A DNA stretch of 63,306 bases, filler included, from Olpidium bornovanus S191 (taxonomy: Eukaryota; Fungi; Olpidiomycota): assembly GCA_017911155.1 (NCBI GenBank). It is 33 parts of 33 records of this genome, joined end to end, with 100 filler letters (N's around TTAATTAATTAA, not from the genome) between each part and the next. Parts side by side here need not be neighbours in the genome. Positions count along the whole stretch, not along the records: positions 37,101 to 41,086 come from JAEFCI010010462.1; positions 41,187 to 42,771 come from JAEFCI010009337.1; positions 42,872 to 44,923 come from JAEFCI010010914.1; positions 45,024 to 46,377 come from JAEFCI010000755.1; positions 46,478 to 48,379 come from JAEFCI010011362.1; positions 48,480 to 49,928 come from JAEFCI010010017.1; 27 more parts are not named here. One strand, written 5' to 3'. Positions 37,101 through 48,884 of this stretch are shown here, piece by piece. The translations under genes were made by a program, and so were the position numbers. Positions within the stretch are counted from its first letter, which is position 1. Every line of letters starts with the position of its first letter. The notes beneath the pieces were generated by a model that was not told the origin of the DNA, made no database searches, and worked only from the letters and a program-made list of their open reading frames with translations.

Positions 37101-38447
37101 ACCCCGGATATCAGGAACCACCGGACTGTCGGTTTCGACACGACGAGCCGGGGCTGGGGTGGCGCAGGCGGCGGCGGCGGCGGCCGCCCCGGGTTATACT
37201 GCGCTCGGCGTGCCTCGCATGCGTCCGCGTGGTAGTAGTACCCTTCGTCGTCTTCGAAACGGGCGCCGCCGCCGCGCGCCGGCGAGTGGTCGTCCACGTG
37301 GCCCAGCACCAGGACAGGGTGCTCGTGGCGCAGCAGCGACTCCTTGGTGAAGGTGTAAACCGTCGACGGGAAGAGCAGGCGGCCCAGCGGTCCGAACCGG
37401 GAGGGCCGCGGCGGTGGCGCTGGCGCCGGCGGCGCCCCCGGGGCCGCCTGCGCGTTTGCGGTCGCGCCGCCGTCGCTTCCCCTGCCCCCCTTGCCTCTTG
37501 CTTCCGGCCTGTCGTAGCCGTTGGAGGAGGACGCTCCGGCCGGCGGCGGCAGAGGGGCCGAAATCGCCTGCAAAGGGGGAGCGGGGCAAAAAATTCGTAA
37601 AAAATAAAATGTGCGCAATGAAAAAAAACAAAAATAATACCGTCCCGGGAGGGCGGATAAAGGGGCGCGGGGGGGAAGGGGGCGGCTGCTCACGTGGGTT
37701 TCTCGAACGGTATCCTCCAGCACCCACTCCGCCCCTTCGGTAAGCACGTCCACGAGCGAGCCGTCCGGCAGCTTCAGCCTCCAGGGAGTTTCCAGCACCT
37801 TCTCCTTGATGTTGTCCCTGGGGACGACCACGGCGGAAAGGAAGCTCGGCCGGAACAGCCACCGGAGGGCCTTGGGCGCCCAGGACGTCGTGAGGATCTC
37901 GGTCCTGCAAACGGCGTGCACCGCCCTGAGCCGCGAGAGCGGGGCTATGATCGGGTTTTCGCAGTCCGTCAGGCCATGGAGCTGTGCAAAAAGTAAGATT
38001 TCGCGGAAGACGCGCGGAGGACGGCCCGGTCAGAGAAAACAAACAAACGAAACAAAAAACAAAAAAAAACAAAAAAAAAGAAAAAAAAAAACGCCACGTC
38101 CTCCCGTGCGCAGCCTTTCTTTTCCTTTATTGTGGTTCCTTCCCGCCTACCCCTCGCCCCCGGCACCGCCGCTTCCGTCCCTCGCTTCCCTCTACTTATT
38201 TCGGTTTTATTTATTTTTTCACCTTGAAGTAAGATTCCGACCTGAATATGTTCTTCTCGGTGCGCATCCTGGCGCGGATCTGCGACGCGGACGAGACGTA
38301 TCTCGCGTTCCTGATCTTCCGCACTTTTCTCCCGTGCCGCAGGTAGCCCACGAGCATCGACACGGCCCCCACCGCTGCCAAGACGACGGCGGCGGTCACG
38401 GCAGTTCTTGCCGTCCTCGGTTGGACCGCCCTTGCCGCCGCCGACAT
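37101..38447 (-). CDS. MUL1/MAPL/SP1-like membrane protein with GIDE domain; exons 38447-38223, 37981-37694, 37567-37101; 3' partial (second TM and RING not in contig)
   Basis: N-terminal TM, KIRNARYVSSASQI, KLHGLTDCENPIIAPLSRLRAVH, ETPWRLKLPDG, TKESLLRHEHPVLVLG, LVVSKPTVRWFLIS follow the GIDE motif order as I recall it from plant SP1 and human MUL1; phase-0 GT-AG introns. Confidence 0.62.
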
Positions 38448-38944
38448 GATAACTCGCAGGGCCGGGCCGGGCCTGCGTGGGTGGGAAAAGGGGAGGACGG
38501 GAAGATTGAGGGTGGGGGGGGGTGGGTGAGGTGGGGAGTTGAAAAAGGGCGAGTTTGGGCGGTAGGAGAAGAGAGGGGGTGAAGGCGGAAAAGTTCCCGG
38601 TCAAGCGGGACTCTGACCGCTCGCGCGCGCCACCGCAAGACAACCCGGATTTTTTTGTCTTCTTTTCTTCTGTTGTTCTGGCGCGGCGGAGTTTGCGACC
38701 GGGTCTCGGAGGGTAAGGGAAACTTGAGCGGCGCCCCTTCCCAGACCGCAAATCTCCCGTGCGGTCACGTGATCAACCCGACTTTTTTTGTCCCCCGCCC
38801 ATGTTATTTCCGGCCGTAGCAACCCGCGCCAAGGCAACCGGGGCTTCCGCCGGAAAAATCAAATAAAAACAAAATCCTCCGAGACCCCCAAGTTTTGGAA
38901 ACGCCGCGAACCAGACGAAAAAAAAAATCAACAACGAAACAAAC

Positions 38945-38975
<31 letters not shown>

Positions 38976-39081
38976 GGACCAGCGGCCCTCCGCCGCGCCG
39001 CCGGTTTCTTACCCCTCGCCCTTTTCCCCGCCCCAGGGCCGCAGGAAGAAAGAAGGAAGGGGAGGCGGGTGAAAAAGAGAG

Positions 39082-39116
<35 letters not shown>

Positions 39117-39195
39117 GGCGCGCCGGGCAGGGAGCTCCTTACAAACCCTCTGAGGGGAGGGAGGCGGGGGCTCTCTCCCCCCCCCCGCCCCAAAA

Positions 39196-39553
39196 ATGGC
39201 GATCGCCAGCTGCTTCGCCGCGCGGCGGGAATCCCGGCGGGCGGCGGCGGCGCCGACGACGGCGCCCGCCCCCGGCGCCGGGCCGGCGCTGCTGCTGTTT
39301 GCCGCGGCGCGGTCGCTCGCGCCGGGCGCCGTGCGCCGGGCGCTGGCGCAGGGGAGCGACCCGGCCGAGCGGGACCAGCACGGGAGGACGGCGATCCACC
39401 ACGCCACGTCCGCCTTCTGCGCGAGCGTCGCGGAGCTGGGGCGGCACGCGGGGAAGGTGCTGGTGCCGAGGGGCGCCGGCGTAGGCGGGGAGCCCGCGCC
39501 GCCGCCGCCGGCGTGCGGCGATTGCGCGGGCGGGCGGACCGGCGTTCGCGGGC

Positions 39554-39598
<45 letters not shown>

Positions 39599-39766
39599 GC
39601 AACAAAAGCAGCGGCTGCGCCGACGACGGCGACGGCGACGGCGGCGGCGAGGAGAGTGAAACGGCCCTCATCGACCCCTGCAGCTGCCTCACCGTCGGGG
39701 ATCACATCAGGAGGCTGACCGGAAACGCCGTCCGGATCGTCGAGCTGCTGTGCTCCGCGGCGGAGG

Positions 39767-39804
<38 letters not shown>

Positions 39805-40536
39805 GTGGGCGGAGGGACGGCGAGTGACGTCGGTGATTCGCTCGCGCCAGTCGACCGGCCCGGCGGCGCCGCCGCGCTTGTCAACGCGCTGGACAAAGAG
39901 CACCGGTCCGCCCTCTACGTCGCGATCTTCTGCCGCTGCGCGGTCGGCGTCAACCGGCGCGCCGGCGGCCGCGAAGAGGAGAGGTCAAACGCCGCGGCGG
40001 CGGCGGCCGCGGACCGCCGCCAACGCCGGTTCCCCGGCCGCCGGTGGCCCGGGGAGGAGCCGCCCGCGGCGGTCACGGAAGACCCGAGCGGCGTCGCCGC
40101 CGACGACGCCACGTTCGCTCTGCTCCGGACCCTGGTGCGCCACGGCGCAGACCTCTTCTTGCGGGACAAGCGTGGCAGGACCCCGGTCCACGTCGCCGCC
40201 GCGAACGGCGACGCCGCCTGCCTGGGATACCTGGCCGCGGTCGGCGGGGACGTCAGCGCCGCAGACTACCAGCTGCGCACCCCGCTGCACTACGCCCTGA
40301 GCAGCGGGAGCCGCTCGGCGGTCGAGCAGCTGATCTCCGCGGGCGCCACCCTGCTGCCCCGGCCGCACGGCAGCAGCCGGCCGCAGGCCTCTGAGACGGC
40401 CTCGCTTCCGGGCCGCCGGCCCCGGACGGCTCAGCGTGGCCGAGTCCGCGTACCGCCGCTGAGACAGCTCTGCCTGGTGGTCGTCAGGAGGGCCGGGCTC
40501 CCCATCCCTCGCTCCATCGTGCGCTCCGCGTTTTAG
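39196..40536 (+). CDS. Intronless ankyrin-repeat protein with a C-terminal SOCS/BC-box-like motif
   Basis: RDQHGRTAIHHA, DKEHRSALYVA, RDKRGRTPVHVAAANG, DYQLRTPLHYA; C-terminus VPPLRQLCLVVVRRAGLPIPRSIVRSAF*. Confidence 0.85.
39555..39597. repeat. (CAG)14 microsatellite encoding poly-Ser in the ankyrin gene
   Basis: Direct reading. A (GGC)n run at about 39769-39803 encodes poly-Arg in the same ORF. Confidence 0.95.
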
Positions 40537-41222
40537 CCCATTTTATTTTTTTTTCCCTTAAATTTTTTTTTTATATTTTTATATTTTTTTCCCTTTCACT
40601 TTGCACGGACGTCCTTGCCCTCGACAGCAGGTACACCTCGCCACCGGATCGCGCCTTTGAAGCGCAGGGAAGGGGGGAAGGATGGGGGAAAGAACCCGGG
40701 GCACGACCGAGATTTTGCAACGATCTGCCTGCCCGGGCGCCGCCTCCGTGGGCGTGAGAATGCGATTCTCGACCGGCCAAACCGCCAGCGAAATCGCCAA
40801 CCCCTGCAAGCGACCCGTGGACACCTCGGTTACCAGGTTGTCGGCAATCCAGTGTCCCGGCAGATAGCCGCTTCCCAGAGCCGGGGTTGTATGGGGGTGC
40901 ACCATCGCCGGCATCCGTCGCAATGTACGCTCGATGGTTGTAATCGCCGTCAGCGACGTCCATCGGTGCTGAAGGCCCTCAGACACTGTCTTCAGCGCTG
41001 CAGTACGGACTTGCCACCCGGGTTGCGGCTGTCGCGACGCCGATTGGAACGACGCTGTTGAGGAAGAAAACAGCTTGGAGAGCATGNNNNNNNNNNNNNN
41101 NNNNNNNNNNNNNNNNNNNNNNNNNNNNNNTTAATTAATTAANNNNNNNNNNNNNNNNNNNNNNNNNNNNNNNNNNNNNNNNNNNNCGGCGGAAGGCAAG
41201 GTTTTCATACCTAATGACTTAC

Positions 41223-42649
41223 GCTTTCGTGACCCAAGCAACCTCAGGGGCAAATCCTTCAACGTGGTCCTTCTCCTTCTCCAGGACCTTGTTGGAAACA
41301 AACATGGGAAAGTACGCGTCCTCCACGCCGAGTTTCATGATCTCCGCGTCAAAAAACGCTGTGACGCATCCATCGCCGGCGCGTCAGCTGACGTGACCAA
41401 ACCAGTCAAAGCATTCCAAACCAGGAACACGGCAGTGACTGACCAGAAATTTCTTTCCATATGCCGTACGCCCACGGACGGAGGATGTAGCAGCCGCTGA
41501 CGTCGTAATAATCGATCATCTCCGACTTGGTGAGGACCTGCTGATACCAGCGAGGGAAATCCTCTTCTTTCTTGTATTCGATTCCAATCTGGATAGCGTT
41601 GGTCAATTTCTCGTGGCCTACGCCGGGCACGGTCACAGGACAAAACCCCCGCGTCAGACCAACGAGATACGGCGTGCCGTTACGGCGCACGGGCTGCGCT
41701 CTCAGGTCCAGCAGCAAAACCGGGGGGAATTGGAAAATGAGCGCGCAGTAACCGACCAACGCCCGCCGGCTTGTGGGTATCCTTAGGCTTGTGGCTTACG
41801 TCACCGGGCTTCTTTTCAACGGCCGCGGGGGCGGATGCAGCAATCTCGGCAAAGTCCACGACCGTCGGCTGGACGCCGACGCCCTTGAAGTAGCTGGTCA
41901 GCTCGTCGGCGCGGACGAACGCCGTGCACTCTGCCGACGACGCGCGGAAGGCCAGGTCTGTGTCCGGCGCAATTTCCATAATTGACTTGTCGAGTACCAG
42001 CAAGACATTCGGCAAATTCGCGGCGGTGACGTTGGAGAGGGAGAAAGGCCCAACTAACGCACGAAGAGTCCAAAAAACAACAGGTAAGTTTTTGAGTCCC
42101 AAGCGGGTGAACCTGGAACGTGAGCGTCCCGCGTCAAGGTATGCGGAAAAAACAAAGCCCGGATAGGCGCGGTTGCACGGGTTCGGCCACAAGCATTCCT
42201 CGGGAAAGCTGATCGGTACCGTAAAGCGCGATCCAAGTCTCGACGCACACCATTCCCGTTGCCGTTGTGTGGGGGGGGGGAAAGAGGGGGGCGCGAGGTT
42301 ACCTACCGCAGGTTTTGTCAGCGCCAAAAAAGTCCTTGAGGAGGTCCTCTGCGGCCAGGCGCATCTCCTTTAAGCCGAGCTTCCTGGCGAGGGCCGACGC
42401 GTTCGTCTCGGTGGACTCGAGGGCAACCAGGACGACCGGGGTGACGGCCGCGGTCTTGGCGGCCTTGGGCTTAAACACGAGCGTCTTGGTGGCCAAGTAC
42501 GGCGGGCCCTCCTTCCCGCGGGCGGTTCCCTCCAGCTCCGCCCTCCACGCGGCCGAGTCCGGGGCGGCGCGATGGGAGACGGTCCGCGCGGGGGCGAGAC
42601 CCAGCCTCTGGAACATGGCGAGCAGGTCTGCGTGGCGGTTGGCGGTCAT
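41223..42649 (-). CDS. proS: Cytosolic prolyl-tRNA synthetase with N-terminal YbaK/ProX-like domain; multi-exon, 3' partial
   Basis: TKTLVFKPK...[12 protein letters not shown]...GPFSLSN; [39 protein letters not shown]; [30 protein letters not shown]. Confidence 0.97.
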
Positions 42650-42737
42650 GTTTCGGGTTTCTGCGAGGCGGCCGGGTTTTCCGGGGGCGGTGGAGTGAGG
42701 GTTCGGCGAAGAAAAGGGCGGGCGTCAAAAGGAACCA

Positions 42738-42771
<34 letters not shown>

Positions 42772-44007
42772 NNNNNNNNNNNNNNNNNNNNNNNNNNNNN
42801 NNNNNNNNNNNNNNNTTAATTAATTAANNNNNNNNNNNNNNNNNNNNNNNNNNNNNNNNNNNNNNNNNNNNCATGATGATAGACGAGGAGGAAAAAGATG
42901 TGAGGGAGAAAGGACACAATGGGAAGGACACAATTTGGGGGAGGGAATCTTTTCGTCAACGTGCAGGCAGATCCTGATCTCGTAGGGTAAACTGATTTTC
43001 TTAAATCAAGGCACAGATGACATTACGGCAAATGATGCCACAGAATTTAAAGCTCTGACGCTTCGCGCAGCCCTCCGCCGCCCCGCTTCGCACAGCCCCG
43101 CAGCCGTGTTGTGAACCGAAAGAGTACGCTCAACGGGCACGTAATCAAAGATGCCAAGACCGGGAGAGGAGCTTCCCCTTGGAGCTCTTCCTCCCGCCGT
43201 CAAACGCAAACAACGGAAGGGAAAAGGAGAGAGGAAGGAAGACGGAAAGAAGAAGAGCCCTTTTTCCGCAACAAGCCGCATTCGCCGCCGCCATCGCCGA
43301 CCATTGCCCGGCAGTTGTTGATTCTCACCGTGGGCCTGCCATCCTGCTTCCTCAGATGTGTGACAACCGTGCTGTCACATTCCACATAGCAACTGTACTC
43401 CATCGCCAGCTTCAGCTCCTCCTGCAGCAGCTGGAATGCATCGTGGTTAACGCAGCGGCTGCCAGCCTCTCCATTGGCATCTGACGATGGCATCCGTGAC
43501 GGCGGCAAGCACCGTAAGCAGTTGTCAGCGATTGTTTCTTGCACGCCGAACCATTGCACCTATGGCGTTTCGCTGCCAGCCACGCGAAACACAGCCGGCG
43601 CAGTTTCTTCAGGCACCAACCAACGGCCAAAGTTCGCCGTGTCGACAGCAGCAGCCTCCCTGACAGGTTAACGCATGAAGTCGCAACTAGGAAAAGAGGG
43701 GGATGGTTGTCGACTCCTGTGTGCCCTATGAGCAGCTTCTGCGCGCGTGAATCCCCCCGTTTACAGTCCGGCACTTGAGATTTCCCCAGAATAACAAATT
43801 GCGGTGGCCGAATCAAATCTTGTCCAAATCTCAATAATGAAATAAATAAAAAACCCCTTCCCCCTGGCCCCTTGACCGCCGCCCCTCCCGCCCCCGACGC
43901 CCCCGCCCGCGCCCACGCCACGTCCACACCAACGCCGACGCCACGCCACGACGACCACCACGCCCACAACGTCCGCAGCCCACAACGTCCGCAGAGGCGC
44001 CGACATC

Positions 44008-44903
44008 ATGGGCAAGCTGCAACGAAGGAACAGAGCCTTTGCGACGCGCGCGAGGAGGGTGGACCCCATGGGGGTCGTGCTCACGCCCGCTCCGGGGGCC
44101 GTCCAGGGACTACCGGAGGGCGAAGGAGGGCCCGCCGCTGCCGTCGCGGCTGGTGCCGACACCTCGGTCTTGCCCGTCGTGAGGAAACTCTGTTCCGCCG
44201 ACGGCACCGACCGGGCCTGGGCCTGCGCTGCCGTCTCCAACCTGCTGCTCGCCGATGCCGGGACCCGGAAGTTGCTGCTCGACAACGGCCTTTTGCCGGC
44301 GCTGGTCGACCGCCTCACCGACAGCGTGAGAGAAGTCGTTTTAGAGGCGGCTGGGGCCTTAAGAAACCTGACCGTATTCGCCGGAGACGCCGTGTGCAGG
44401 GAGCTGTACGAGAAGGACGCTCTGACGCCGCTGTTAGCTCAAATTGAGAGGGTATGGCTGTGGTCCAGGGAAAGGCCGTTTTTGTTTTGACGCTACGGGC
44501 CGCACCGGCCGCTCGTTATTTGTTGAAAGATGTCGAGTTGCCTTCGTTGAAGTCGGACGACGTGCCACATCTGCCAGGCGTCAGCCGTCATTGAGCGGAT
44601 CGTGAAGAACGTGCCGGTCGACCCGCAGAACAAGGAGGAAACATCGGAGCGTAGCACTGTTTTTGATCTGACGGAGCAGGCCGTCGCCGTCATATGGGCA
44701 CTGATGTACGCCGGACCGTTAGTGCTTTTTGTTGCGACAACTTTCAACCGTTCATCACGTCCAACGCGTTGATTTTGATGGCAGCGAAGTTTCAGAGAAG
44801 GCCATGAAGACGGTCACTAATTCTCAACTGGTGGCAATTCTCTTGACGTTGCTGGACCCTGCCATCGGTAACATTATACCCTCCAAGCTTACCGTTCTGT
44901 CCG
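44008..44903 (+). CDS. SYO1: Symportin Syo1/HEATR3 (uL5/uL18 chaperone), N-terminal part; 3 exons
   Basis: MGKLQRRNRA..RVDP; VLPVVRKLCSAD..DRAWACAAVSNL; LVDRLTDSVREVVLEAAGALRNL; LTEQAVAVIWAL. Confidence 0.9.
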
Positions 44904-45181
44904 GTGAGTAATGCTAAGTTGCCNNNNNNNNNNNNNNNNNNNNNNNNNNNNNNNNNNNNNNNNNNNNTTAATTAATTAANNNNNNNNNNNNNNNNNNNNN
45001 NNNNNNNNNNNNNNNNNNNNNNNCATGCATTCGTCCTGGCTCTGTTCAGCTTCGGTGGCATTCAGTCTTCCTCCGCCCACGCGTCAAAAAAAGGTTGCTC
45101 GGCCTTTACGGCCCCGATCAGGATGTCCCCTCACAACATCTCGATGCCGAACAATTCGTCACGAAACCTGGTTAGGTCCCG

Positions 45182-45249
<68 letters not shown>

Positions 45250-45770
45250 CCCCCCCCCCCCCCCCCCCTCCGGCCCCCCAACCCCTTCCTCCCTGCAGTA
45301 ACTTGTAAGACCCGAGGAGCACCGCAGCAGCTCCTCGGTTAGAGAGGCGTTAATGTTTAATTCCAAACGGCAAAAGCGAACTAGCGCTCTTTTGGTGTTC
45401 TTTCTCTGTAGATGGTTTTTTTCGCACGATGCGCAGGGTGAAGAAAGAACGGGGCCGAAAATCGTGCTTATGTACAGCACATGCATTTTCCTTCCCCCGC
45501 AACAGCAAGGACTTGCAATCGGGACTTGCCGACATGAGCAGCAACCAGGGGAGACCGCGCGTGGCTCCGACGGATGCATTCCACATGTAGTCTTTTCCTG
45601 TTCGCCCCTTACTCTCTGTGCCGTCCGCGGCACTAACATGGACGCCGTGTTTACCCTTCACAAAAGACAGATCGGGCGCTAAACGATGAGAAGATTTGTG
45701 ACCGGGCGGCGGGGCGCGGCACGGCCCGTTTTATAACAAATCTGCACAGCGGCTACAAGAAATTCGGTAG

Positions 45771-46300
45771 CTAGGGGATGTCTCTTCGGAATGCTGCGTC
45801 AGACGCGTCGGACATATTGCCCAGGGAGTCGTTGGAAAACTGTTCGAAAAGAGCGGAAGGAGCCTCTGAAGGTTGAGTCGGATCCAGGGGTCGCTTTAGA
45901 ACCTGGAGCTTTTCGCTGTCGATCAGTTCGTTGCACATCGGGCACGGCCCGGAACCCCTGTCATCGCTCTTGGCCAGCAGCGATTTTAAGCAGCTGATGA
46001 TCGCGGGAAATTCGCAATGAGGACAGATAGTCCACTCCTCCAGAATCATATGGCGTCCCTAAAAAAAAAAAACGTGCAAACGGAAAAAGGCGAGATTAGA
46101 GGCACCCATTTCGACCACCTTGAATTTGTTCGCTCCGTAGAATGCCGAGAGTCCGGCAAAACCCCGTTTTACCCACGGATGCAATGCAGTACGGCAACCG
46201 GGTTTTGCATTCCATGCAGTCCAGGGTGGTTTCCGGGACCGGGGATGTGCAGTAGGGGCATGGCGATCTGGGCTCCGCATCCTCCTCTTTGGAAGGCCGC
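45771..46300 (-). CDS. WDR19: Intraflagellar transport protein IFT144/WDR19, C-terminal Zn-ribbon exons 46300-46177 and 46058-45771
   Basis: RPSKEEDAEPRSPCPYCTSPVPETTLDCMECKTRLPYCIAS|GRHMILEEWTICPHCEFPAIIS...CPMCNE matches the WDR19 tail (CPFC..CPGCK..PYCIATGRHM..DDW..CPHCDFPA...CPMC). Confidence 0.93.
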
Positions 46301-46477
46301 CTGCAGTGAAAGTCCTTGTTTTGTCAACCCTTTTGTTCCTTGATCGCCGGGTTTGAACAAAATTGACGGTCGATACGNNNNNNNNNNNNNNNNNNNNNNN
46401 NNNNNNNNNNNNNNNNNNNNNTTAATTAATTAANNNNNNNNNNNNNNNNNNNNNNNNNNNNNNNNNNNNNNNNNNNN

Positions 46478-46600
46478 AGACATCAGGTTGAACGCCGAGA
46501 AGCGCGTGGCGCCGCGGAGGCGTTGACGGATCTCGTCGATTCGCCCGAGGGGGGTTGCGTCCTTTATCGTTGCCTTGTTGAGGTAACGGAAGTCCATGAC
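46478..46600 (-). mobile_element. Ty3/Gypsy reverse transcriptase fragment (degenerate)
   Basis: VMDFRYLNKATIKDATPLGRIDEIRQRLRGATRFSAFNLMS matches DYRxLNK.T.KD.YPLPRID...L.GA..FS.LDL; the motif-A Asp reads Asn. Confidence 0.88.
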
Positions 46601-47826
46601 CTTTTTCTCCGCGATTGACGACTTGGCATACGTCGAGGGCGGCAGCATCAGCTTCAGGCGGAGAGCGTCCACCGCCGGCGGCCAAAGAGGCGCGCTCCAG
46701 ACCAGCGGAGGTCCGCATTTGGCAATCATTTTGCAATCCCCTGATGTTCGGTGGCCTCGGCAAGGCGCGTCTGTAATATTGCTTTGCAGAGTTTAGTTAG
46801 CCGTCGGCCGCAAAAGCATACCTCGACCATCAGCACTTGCATATTTCACCCGTCAGAGTGCCCGTCAACGCGGAGGTATCGTGGCCGGTTTGATACGCAC
46901 GCGCAAAAATTGCAAAGCAAATGGCGCAGAGCGACGTCGCGCTTGAACTTGGTGATGGTCTTGCTGGTGAATCTGCAAAAAGTCATCTAGTAAGTTACCC
47001 CTGCTTGCGCAAGATGGTATCAAAGAATCACCTTGAGGTATTCCTTCCCGAAAAACACCAAAGAAAACACCAAACAGGCTTTTCAGCGACTTCCAGTTCA
47101 GCACAGCCCGCACATCTGGTTGCCAGACCCTCTCCGGTGATTTCGTCACGCAAGGCGACACCAAGGTGCGCGACCTGAAAGGCCAACGGTTAGTCCCGCT
47201 CACAAATCTTCGCGTAAAAAAAAAAAAAAAAAATCCAGAATGCCGCATACATCACGGCAGCGAAACAAACGTCTCGGCGGTGTTTTGCGAGAGGCTCTTG
47301 GCCGCGGTAGAATTTAACACCTCACAGATCATCATTGATCTGGGCGGCAGACAGCTCGATAAGAAGAAGAGGTAAAAAGAAGGAAAAGAAGGGAAAAAAA
47401 AACTCGCTTCCGGGGCGAGAGAAAGAGAAAAGGAAAAGGAGAGAGAAAAAAAAAAAAAGTTCCCCGAGAAACACAACGCACCACATCTTTCCCCCCCCCC
47501 TCGCGCCCCCTTTTCTCCCCCTCGCCGCCCGCGCCCAAAGCCCGCACCCGCCACCCGCCACCCGCGCCGCCCTCCCTCCCCGGTCGTGCTGGGGCGCCCG
47601 CCTCCCGGGTTCGCCTGCCGCTCTGCCGCCGCCGCTGCGGGCCGCCCGTTCCCCGCTGGCCTTCTTCGCGGATATATCCGGACGCCGCCCGAAGAGATAG
47701 AGATAGAGAGGAAACCGGAGAAGAGGAGAGCGCGGGCGCCGGGCCCCTTCCCCCAGGGCGGGGCGGGGGACGACGACGGCGGCGAAGGGAGCAGGGAGCC
47801 GCCCAGGATAGCGGCCCGACCGGACG

Positions 47827-48127
47827 ATGCAGAGCTCACAGCACCAGCAACAGCACCACCATCACCACCAGCACCACCACCCGTCCCACCACCTCCCGCA
47901 TCTGCAGGTCGGCGGGAGCGCCGGCGCCCCCGCCGTAGGAGGAGCAGCAGGAGGCGCGCCTGGCCCGGCTGCGGCGGGGGCATCGGCGAACGATGTCGGC
48001 GCGAACCGCTCCCGGAGCGTCGGATCGACTGCCCCGCCGGCGAACACGGGGTCGCCGAACGTCGTCGGCGTGCACTACCGCGTGGGGAGGAAGATCGGCG
48101 AGGGCAGCTTCGGCGTCATCTACGAAG
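47827..48127 (+). CDS. Casein kinase I (Yck/Cki, CK1-gamma-like), first exon
   Basis: His/Gln-rich leader, then SPNVVGVHYRVGRKIGEGSFGVIYE|gtgaga. Confidence 0.95.
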
Positions 48128-48327
48128 GTGAGAGGGCAACAGGGGAGAAGGAACGACGGTGGGGGAGAGGGAAGGGGAAAAGGGTCGGGGGTGGGGAGCG
48201 GTTGGAGGAGGAGGAGGAGGAGGAGGAGGTTGGAAGACGGGCCGAAGGGGGACGGATCTGGAGGACGGATTGGGAGAACAACAGCCGGAGGTCCGAGCGT
48301 TATACTGCGCAGTGGGGAAAGAAAAAG

Positions 48328-48359
<32 letters not shown>

Positions 48360-48884
48360 AATTTTTCCTAAAAAGGAAANNNNNNNNNNNNNNNNNNNNN
48401 NNNNNNNNNNNNNNNNNNNNNNNTTAATTAATTAANNNNNNNNNNNNNNNNNNNNNNNNNNNNNNNNNNNNNNNNNNNNATCCTCAAGCAACCAGAGACG
48501 GAAAATAAACAACAACGCTGTGAGAAAGGACGATTGCGTTTTTTCGGATCACATTGTTGCTGCGCTTGACCTGACAGTAAGGTGCGCTTCTTTGTCCATG
48601 CATCACGCGGGTAAATTGATTGGTTAAGTGGTGCTCCGTAAAGAGAAAAAGCATTCTTTCCCGAAGTTACAAAACTGGGGCCCTCCGGCATGTGATTGAG
48701 TAAAACAAAACTGATTGAAAGCCGGTTTCTATTGCCCACAATTCCGAAATCGAGCGCCGCCGGAAAAACCGCTGGAAAGCCGGCGAAAGCGTTTATATAC
48801 AACCAGCTACTCCCCACATATTTTTCGGGCACGCGGACGTCCCCCGGCGAGTGTCCGAGTGTTGCCGTCCGGAGCGGCGAGGGG

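Noticed and set aside
40571-41086. 168-aa minus ORF beginning at the contig edge
   Set aside because: The ATG is the terminal CATG artefact; no homology recognised.
43140-43760. Coding-like minus-strand segment divergent from SYO1
   Set aside because: No family recognised; exon structure unresolved.
45181-45270. Very long poly-C/poly-G tracts (also about 11785-11825, 12215-12290, 33015-33070) as G-quadruplex elements
   Set aside because: Lengths are unreliable in a low-coverage assembly; they sit in low-quality sequence near contig ends or introns.
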